Part shown: positions 22,516 to 29,634 of the stretch, one piece after another | How the letters are laid out: each line of letters starts with the position of its first letter | Numbering within the stretch: the stretch's first letter is position 1 | Origin: Paraspadella gotoi | Lineage: Eukaryota; Animalia; Chaetognatha | Length of the DNA stretch: 29,634 nt | Direction of reading: 5' to 3' | Assembly: GCA_051294375.1 (NCBI GenBank) | Contig: JBJCIZ010000501.1 | Coordinates: 1 to 29,634, forward strand | Notes under the pieces: generated by a model | What the model was told of the DNA's origin: nothing | What the model saw: only the letters and a program-made list of their open reading frames with translations | Database searches by the model: none | Program-made: the position numbers and the translations under genes

Positions 22516-24472
22516 TTTCACATGAAAACACAGCAAATTTAAGTTGTGCAGGCCAAATACCACTTTCAGATTATATTTAAAATTTTGCTGTCCATAGATT
22601 AAAATGTATTGTTTGACCACGCTGTAAATTTCTACAAATATGCAACCAATATAAAAACTACTTGATTAAGATTTTTTTAAAAAAAAGACGTCTGCATAAA
22701 TTATAAATTTTAATGTTTGCTTCTTTAAATTAAGTTGGTTTTAACAATATAATTTTTTTCTGCAATCATTTGGGAAAGTAGTTAAAAAATTTGATATAAT
22801 CAGGTTGCTTAATTTTCTTAAAAATATCGGTGAGAAGTAAATCTTTTTCAAATTTTAATTTTTATCTCAAAAATTTTTAAAAATTAGGAATGAATCAAAA
22901 TTTAAAGTATTGACTGATTTTGTTTAAACTTTCTTTTTAAAATAATATAAATATAAAAAGAAGAAAAAGAATTTATACTTTTGTTAAATTTTTAATTATT
23001 ATAATTAAGTATCAACTAAGTATCAATATAATTTATCAATATGTTTAAGGGATGAATATGAATATTAATAAATGGTTATTACAATTATATTTTTAAAAGA
23101 ATAAAATTTATGTTTGTTTTTNNNNNNNNNNCTCTGAAGTTTTATCCGATTTTTTAAATTTTTTTTTAAATTTAAAAAATACTGAGACACCAAAACACAG
23201 ACGAGTGAACAAGGAGGAATGCTGCAAGGGGTTTACTTATTTTTGTCTGTGGCAAACGGTCAAGCTTTAAAGCCAGTTTTGAATGTGGGGAACAGAAACT
23301 AATTGGCAAGAGGAGAGCATAACGATTGTCCATCAGTGGAATTAGTGACCATCTATGGCACCATAGAGTGTTTCTATCTCAGAGGATCCGATTGCAGATG
23401 CCAATGGACGATTGTCTTTGACTTTTAAAAATTGTACAATTTTTGTATTACTCTTTTAGTAAAAAATGGTATTAGGCATCATTAAATATGTATTTTGCAT
23501 TCTCTCTACATAAACGTTTATATTTTCATCCTTAATTGATCCAATTACATCATAAGAATGACTAGGTTTTAGGTACTAGTATTACACTCAGGTAGCTGAA
23601 GTTAATTGAATATAAAGAATTAAAATTCGCTTTTAAAAATGACTTTACCGTCTTGAATGAAATTTTTTAAGTTTACCGATAAAAAAAATTGCCCGAATTT
23701 TGGGTGGCTCTTGAAGCTGAACCTTAGTCAAATTTTAGGTTTTTTTATTTGAAACACGAAGGAAATATACTTCTTTTGNNNNNNNNNNNNNNNNNNNNNN
23801 NNNAAATTCTAAACTAAAACGATCGTCCGAGTTTGCTCGTTTTTTAGCATGTGCGAGTGTGAATTCAAGGAGACAAAATTTTATTAAGAACCTGAAATGT
23901 CAGTGTGGTAACGAAGAAGAAGAGAAGTTCGCAGGACCAGAGTGCGTGTGGACGTGCAGAAGGACGCTGATCAGCGTGAAGTAGTAAATTGATACAGTTT
24001 GTTGAGGAGATTTCGTCGTGACCGTGTCTGAACGAGAAGAAAATAGTTTTTGTTTTGTAGAAGTACAGGCGAATGGAATTTGACGTTTTTCCTACGATGA
24101 GAACCTCCAAAACTGGTGAATGGTGCGGATTTATTGTTCACTTAAACTCATAATTTGAAAGTGTTTTTAAGATTGTCTGATCGCCTGCAATTTCTCATGT
24201 TTGTGACTTGAGTTTCGCAGCGGCCCAGGATGGTTCTTAGATAAATTTAGTCTAGTAACCACGGGGAGGTGTTGGCTGCACAAAACATTTTTCACGTTAA
24301 CCTTTTGAGCAATTGGTGACTGTACCTTGTTCCCAAGATTGTGCTGATTCTCACGCGAGAGTGGAGCAATGGTAAGCAAGAAATGTACAATTACCAGTAA
24401 AACCGCAGAAAAGTCTGTAAATAGAAGAATTATTTAATACTCAAATTAAGTAATATACGAAAGCCTTTTTAG

Positions 24473-25851
24473 ATGGGCCAAAGCGACCCAATGTGGAGCC
24501 CGGTGGAGGCATCCTATCTACTCTCTCAATGGTGGAAGGCGAGGAATTGCGACGCCCTCAACCCAAGCTTCGCCTCTGATGCCTCAGAAATGCTTGCATA
24601 AACGCCATGTGACCGCTCTCAATTTGATGGAACTGCATTCTCAGTCCTCAAGGAATCTAACATAGCGACTCAATATGTCAACTCAAATTGCGAAAAAAAA
24701 GAAACTGTGGCCATGCACCATACCCATTTTCCACCGCATCCCTAACACCGTCCCTCTCATCATCGCCGCAACACCACTTCAAGATAAGCCATGGAGGGAA
24801 CGTTACCTTCTTCCACGCGCGAGACGAACTTACGCATCAGGCGCTGACCAAGGGAATTGCAGGCCGCGCAGAACTTAACCTCATCGTTGAAAAACGACTC
24901 CCTCTCAACAACGAAAGATATCGCCGAAGATGAGATACCGATTAAACTGGTAGTCGAATGGAACGCGAGAATTTCAAAGAGAAAGGATTTCTGGCATGAC
25001 ATTTCTTCCGTGGCTGCCGAAGACCCGACGATCGCGTTCATTTTGGGGAACGGTGACGAGTGGGAAGTTTCGAGCAGGTCTCATCTCAAAGGTCGTTTAT
25101 GGAGCGAGCCTGTAAAGAAACTGCAATGAACAAAACTGGCGCAAGGTGGCGAAAATCCGAGATCGACTACGACGCGCTTCGGTTCACAACAGCACTTTGG
25201 AATCTCAGTTTCAGGCCCCCACAAACAGGCGGCAAAAAGGCCCCCAACCCCGTTCCCAACCCAAACATACCTGCATCGCGTAGTAAGAGCAGACAAGTTT
25301 GATTTAAATAACGGTCATCTTCAAACCCTGCTCAACTTACCGTGCGTCCTCTAGTCGTCCAACATCGCGACATGCGCCAATGTGGTACCAACGAAAAAGG
25401 GGGAGAGAGGAAGTGAAGACGACTTCTTTATGAAAAAGAGGTATGAAATTTGAACAAGAAAAAAGGATGCGCAAAAATCGCTGAATGAAAAAACTTCTTG
25501 CCGACGAAAAAGAAAAACTCGAAAAGGAAAGAAAAACCATTGAACAGGAAGCTTGACAATCTTCGACAAGAACATCAGCATGAATTGCAATGCTGGAGAG
25601 AGGACGTATTTTGCACGTCTGTGCAAGAGATTCCCGACAACCACGTGCTGAATGCTCCGCCAACGCCGCGCAACGTGCACTCCATTTTTTCCCAGCAACT
25701 GCTGAGACGGACTATCCAATCCACCTTCAACCCACCACCTTACCTGCAAACCTCAACCCGATCCCCAAGATCTCAACCTTCCTCAAACCAAGCAAGGTTC
25801 TTAAGAGAAAATAAACTTATTTTTGGACAAACTCGTTGCGGGTCGCTGTAA
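24473..25851 (+). pseudogene. Exonuclease paralog E: relative of copy D, apparently lacking catalytic residues, with a C-terminal coiled coil
   Basis: Ungapped matches to D, in order (E/D): FKISHGGNVTFFHAR / FKIKTSRRSTFIHPR (24778-24822); SEIDYDAL / SQLCYAAL (25156-25179); PNPVPNPNIPASR / PGLDPSHDIPRCR; LTVRPL / IIVHPL. A coiled coil KLLADEKEKLEKERK follows. EDPTIAF resembles the exonuclease 'edp.i.k' segment. ATG at 24473. Confidence 0.58.
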
Positions 25852-26029
25852 TTGATAATCAATTGTCTTTAGGCCTAATTAGAACCTTACCTGACCTGTA
25901 AATAAAAATTAACAAACTAATTCACAATTCATGAGACTGATCTTGTTAAGATATTAAATAAATTTTATGACCATGCTCGTGAATAAATATACAAATAAAA
26001 ATACTTACCGTTGTTTTTAAAGCTAGATA

Positions 26030-26764
26030 AATGCAATAATGGGAGTCAGAAAATACTACAACCAAATCAAATGCAATCCGGGAAAGCTGGGCATTCCACT
26101 ACCTGGAACGGAAGAAAGGGGGAGAAACCTCCTATGGGTAAACAACATCTCCAAACATTACCTCTGAACAAACAAACAGCCAACGCACCACACCGCACTG
26201 ACAACCCTCAAAGTCCATAGCCCGACGGTGAGCAGAATCTCCTACCAATCCCGAGAGCGAATGCCAAAGGAGACGGAGTTTTTTCGTTCCGGACCCAAAG
26301 CAGAGCTGACTGCATTCCAAGCCTTTATAAATCACCAACGGGTGATTCTGGACGCATCCAACGCGGGGAGAATCGCTCCACTAGGGCCCGAAGATGACGG
26401 AAACAAAAGGCGGAAGTTCGGGGAGGCTGTTGCGCCCTCGTATCAGGATGGGAATTGCCAATTAAAGAGGGGCAGAATCCTTGACTGGGGGAAGACTAAT
26501 TGACCTGGTCGACAAAAGGGGGAGTCTAAAAACTGCCATTTTTGGAACTATTACAATGCGAAGATCAAGAATGGACGCAGATTGAAATGGATTTAAATAA
26601 TACTTAACAGACCTCAGCCAACGACGTTAATTTTAATTACTCAACGAGTTGAGTGGCGGGGAGTGTACAGATTAACGCTGGCAGAGTACGGTCTTATTAA
26701 AAAACGCGGAGCGAACAATGCTCTTTTGCCAGAGAAACACTGGCGTCTTAGAAAGAATCTTTAG
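26030..26764 (+). pseudogene. Disrupted coding-like segment of unknown function (downstream exon of E or a separate gene)
   Basis: ORF 26228-26503 continues in frame past stops (CHFWNYYNAKIKNG...VEWRGVYRLTLAEYGLIKKRG). GC is higher than in the flanks. No motif recognised. Confidence 0.35.
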
Positions 26765-27148
26765 CGATATCAGTTTCGGAGTGGTTTTATCAAGAGGAAG
26801 CGGCAGCTTGGAATTAATTTTAGAATTTGAGGAATTTTAATTTCTTTTTGTTTTTTTATTATAAACGCTTTAAAGTAAAAGCTTTTTTTTTTCCTTTTTT
26901 TTTGGCTGCCCTCGCTAAAATGCCTACAAATGTAAGTAATGAAATTCAAATTCTCTTTCTTCTTTTTTCAGTGAATTTGATAATAAGTATCTTTGTTTAG
27001 GGGTTGAACCTTCTCGCTTTCTACTAAAATATCAGTGAAATAATTTGTTTCTACATTCGGCGCTTTTAAGGTTTTACGGCTGCTAGAGGTTAATGCGACG
27101 CGCTTTTATCATATTTGGGCTTATTTTGGGAGCGGCATAGAAGAACGA

Positions 27149-29187
27149 GGAGGTTGTTAAAATTGGTGAGGGACAGTTAGTTAAATAGTCTTTTTATTTA
27201 TCAAACCAACAAATTGTCCTCTCTTTTTATTTTTTATGTCTGCCTTCCTCTCTCTCTTTTCTCTTTATTTTTATGTATCTTTCTCGTCACTCTCAAGATA
27301 AAAACGTTAAGATACACCCAGAAAACGACTTTTTCTCTGTAAAAAGATTGAATACTATTAAAAATAACAGAGAAGAACGGTTTTTTTCAATATAAAAAAA
27401 AATAAAAACTCCAAAAAAAACGCAAACGTTTTTTTCCAATGTAAAAAGAGTTAAAAAAATAATCACGGATAAACGACTTTTCTAAAGGTAAAAGTAATAC
27501 AAACGTTAAATACAGAACCGGCAGACGACATTTCCAAGAGAGATAACAACTTTAAAAACCAAGAAAACGCTTTTCCACACAATGTTAAAAAGAGATATAA
27601 AATTTCTAAAAGAACATACCGGAAAACGGATATTTCCAAGAAAAAGAATAAAAACGTTAATATACTTCTGCAAATAACATCATCGGAGGTTGTTAAAATT
27701 GGGTGAGGACAGTTATTAAATACTTTTTTATCAAAACAAACAAATTCTCTCTTTTATTTTTATGTCTCCCTTCTCTTCTCTTTGCTCTTAATTTTATGTA
27801 GCTTTCTTCTCAGCTCTCGAAAAAAAGAAATTAAAAAACGTTAAATAGGCACAGAAAACGCTTTTTCTCTGTAAAAAGGATATGAAAAACTTTAAAATAA
27901 CAGAAAACGATTTTTTTCCAATGTAAAAAGTAATGAAAAACTTTAAAAAAAAAAAAACGGCAAACGTTTTTCGCAATGTAGAGAAAACTATAAAAAAAAC
28001 ACTGATAAATCGACTTTTCTGAAAGTAAAAGTGAAAAGAACGTTAAAGACAGGGCGCAGAGGACGATATTTCCAGGAAGAGATAACAACTTTAAAAACGA
28101 GAAGAAAGGAACGCTTTTTCCAATGTAAAAAAGAGATAAAAATTTCTAGAAACACCGGAAGAGACGATATTGTTCCAAAGAAAAAAGAAAATAAAGAAAC
28201 GTTAAAGGTACTGTGTCTGCAGAATAGACATGCATGCGAGGTTGTTAGAAATTGGGTGAGGGACAGGTTAATGTGAAAATCTTTTTATCAAAACAAACAG
28301 AATTCCCCGTTTTCTTTATTTTTTATGTCCCTCTCTCTACTCTTTTCTCTTTAATTTATGTAGGCTTTCTCTCACTCTCAAAAGATAAGAGAACGTTAAA
28401 TTACAGCCAGGAACACGGACTTGTGTTCTCTGTAAAGATATGAAGAACTTTAAAAAATAACAGAAAACGGTGTTTTTCCAAGAGTAAAAAGAACTAAAAA
28501 CTTCCAAAAAAAAAAACGGCAAACGTTTTTTCCAGATGGTAAAAAGAGTTAAAAACACCGATAAACGGAGGTAGTTTCTGAAAGAGTAAAGTATAAAACG
28601 TTAAAGAGAGCGGCAAGACGATATTGTCTAAAGAGATAGACAACGTTTAAAAACAAAGAAAAAACGCTTTTTCCAATGTAAAAAGAGATAAGAGAAATTT
28701 CTAAAACACCGGAAAACGATAATTTCAAAGAAACAAGAATACACGCTCTAATTCTTCTGCAAATAACATCAATCGGAGGTTGTTAACGATTGGGTGAAGG
28801 ACAGCGTGGTAATTAAATATCTTTTTATCAAAGCAAACCAAATTTCCTCTCTTTTATTTTTATGTCTGGCCTTCTCTCTCTCTTTTCTCGTTTAAATTTA
28901 ATGTAGCGGCTTTCTCTTCACTCGTCAAAAGATAACACGTTAAATCACCAGAAAGGACTGTTTTCTCTGTAAAAAAGATATGAAAACTTTAAAAAAATAA
29001 CAGAAGAACGATTTTTTCCAATGGAAAAGAGAAATAAAAACTTAAAAAAAAAACGTCAAACGTTTTGGTCCAATGTAAGAAGAGTTAAACAACACCGATG
29101 AACGGAGCTTTTCCTAAGTAAGAAGTAAAGTAAAGACTTTAAATGGAGACACCGGCAGACGACATTTTCAAAGAGATAACAACTTAA
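27149..29187. repeat. Satellite array, ~3.75 copies of a ~540 bp unit with internal ~45-50 bp subrepeats
   Basis: GAGGTTGTTA..ATTGG(G)TGAGG(G)ACAG anchors at ~27150, ~27686, ~28238 and ~28776. Each unit repeats AAACG..TTTTTCCAATGTAAAAAAGAG..AAAAC.TTAAA several times. Confidence 0.95.
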
Positions 29188-29304
29188 GAGCCGTGGGATC
29201 ATTCAAACAAGAAGTTGCATAAGAGCTTATACATGAGGTATATTTTATGTAAATAGAAAAAGAAAAGCAAAAAAAAACTTAATAAGAATTTTTTTTTGTA
29301 AAAA

Positions 29305-29310
29305 GGAGAT

Positions 29311-29347
<37 letters not shown>

Positions 29348-29392
29348 AAAAGAGGGAGAGAGAGTGAGAAAGAGAGAGAGAGAGAGAGAGAG
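29305..29392. repeat. (AG)n-rich microsatellite
   Basis: Interrupted AG dinucleotide run. Confidence 0.95.
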
Positions 29393-29408
29393 TTTTCCCA
29401 CCAACGAG

Positions 29409-29574
29409 ACGCATTATTAGGTCACTCTCGTTTATATCGGTTATCCGTTGCCTCGCAACGGCGTCGTGAAATTGGGTCATGTTGATTTTTTTTATACACG
29501 TAACGCGTTATTAGGTCATGTTCCTCGACATTGTTTACTCGTTGCCCCGCAACGACCACGAAATCTAGGTCAAG
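29409..29574. repeat. 94-bp tandem dimer, each unit containing a CGTTGC-NNN-GCAACG hairpin
   Basis: ACGC(A/G)TTATTAGGTCA at 29409 and 29503. Hairpins at 29446-29460 and 29540-29554. Confidence 0.85.
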
Positions 29575-29634
29575 TAAGTTATTTTATTTTTTGCGATTTT
29601 GTATTGAGATAAAATAATAAATGGCGATAATAAA

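Noticed and set aside
27794-29480. F/K/L/S-rich ORFs in the satellite and microsatellite region (also 21119-22542)
   Set aside because: They are low-complexity translations of A/T tracts and (CT)n repeats.
27149-29574. CRISPR-like array
   Set aside because: The repeats are contiguous and degenerate, with no unique spacers or cas genes, in a eukaryotic context.

Overview
AT-rich animal genomic DNA from a gapped, indel-rich assembly (five N-runs). It has three main parts. (1) A near full-length BEL/Pao LTR retrotransposon on the + strand (~4.36-12.0 kb). It shows Gag with Zn knuckles, aspartic protease, RT, RNase H, integrase and DUF5641, all frameshifted, plus a likely PPT and 3' LTR; no 5' LTR is visible. 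(2) A compact cluster of disrupted, highly divergent paralogous genes that the ORF track misses because each is split across reading frames: four at ~12.1-19.1 kb and a fifth at ~24.5-25.9 kb. Stitched by hand, they look like DEDDy 3'-5' exonucleases of the WRN-exo/MUT-7/EXD type with a shared, unrecognised N-terminal extension. One copy shows the full catalytic set (GFDTE...D...YAALD); the others appear to have altered catalytic residues. (3) Satellites, minisatellites and microsatellites. I cannot tell from this sequence alone whether the frameshifts are biological decay or long-read error. All alignments were done by eye and all boundaries are approximate.
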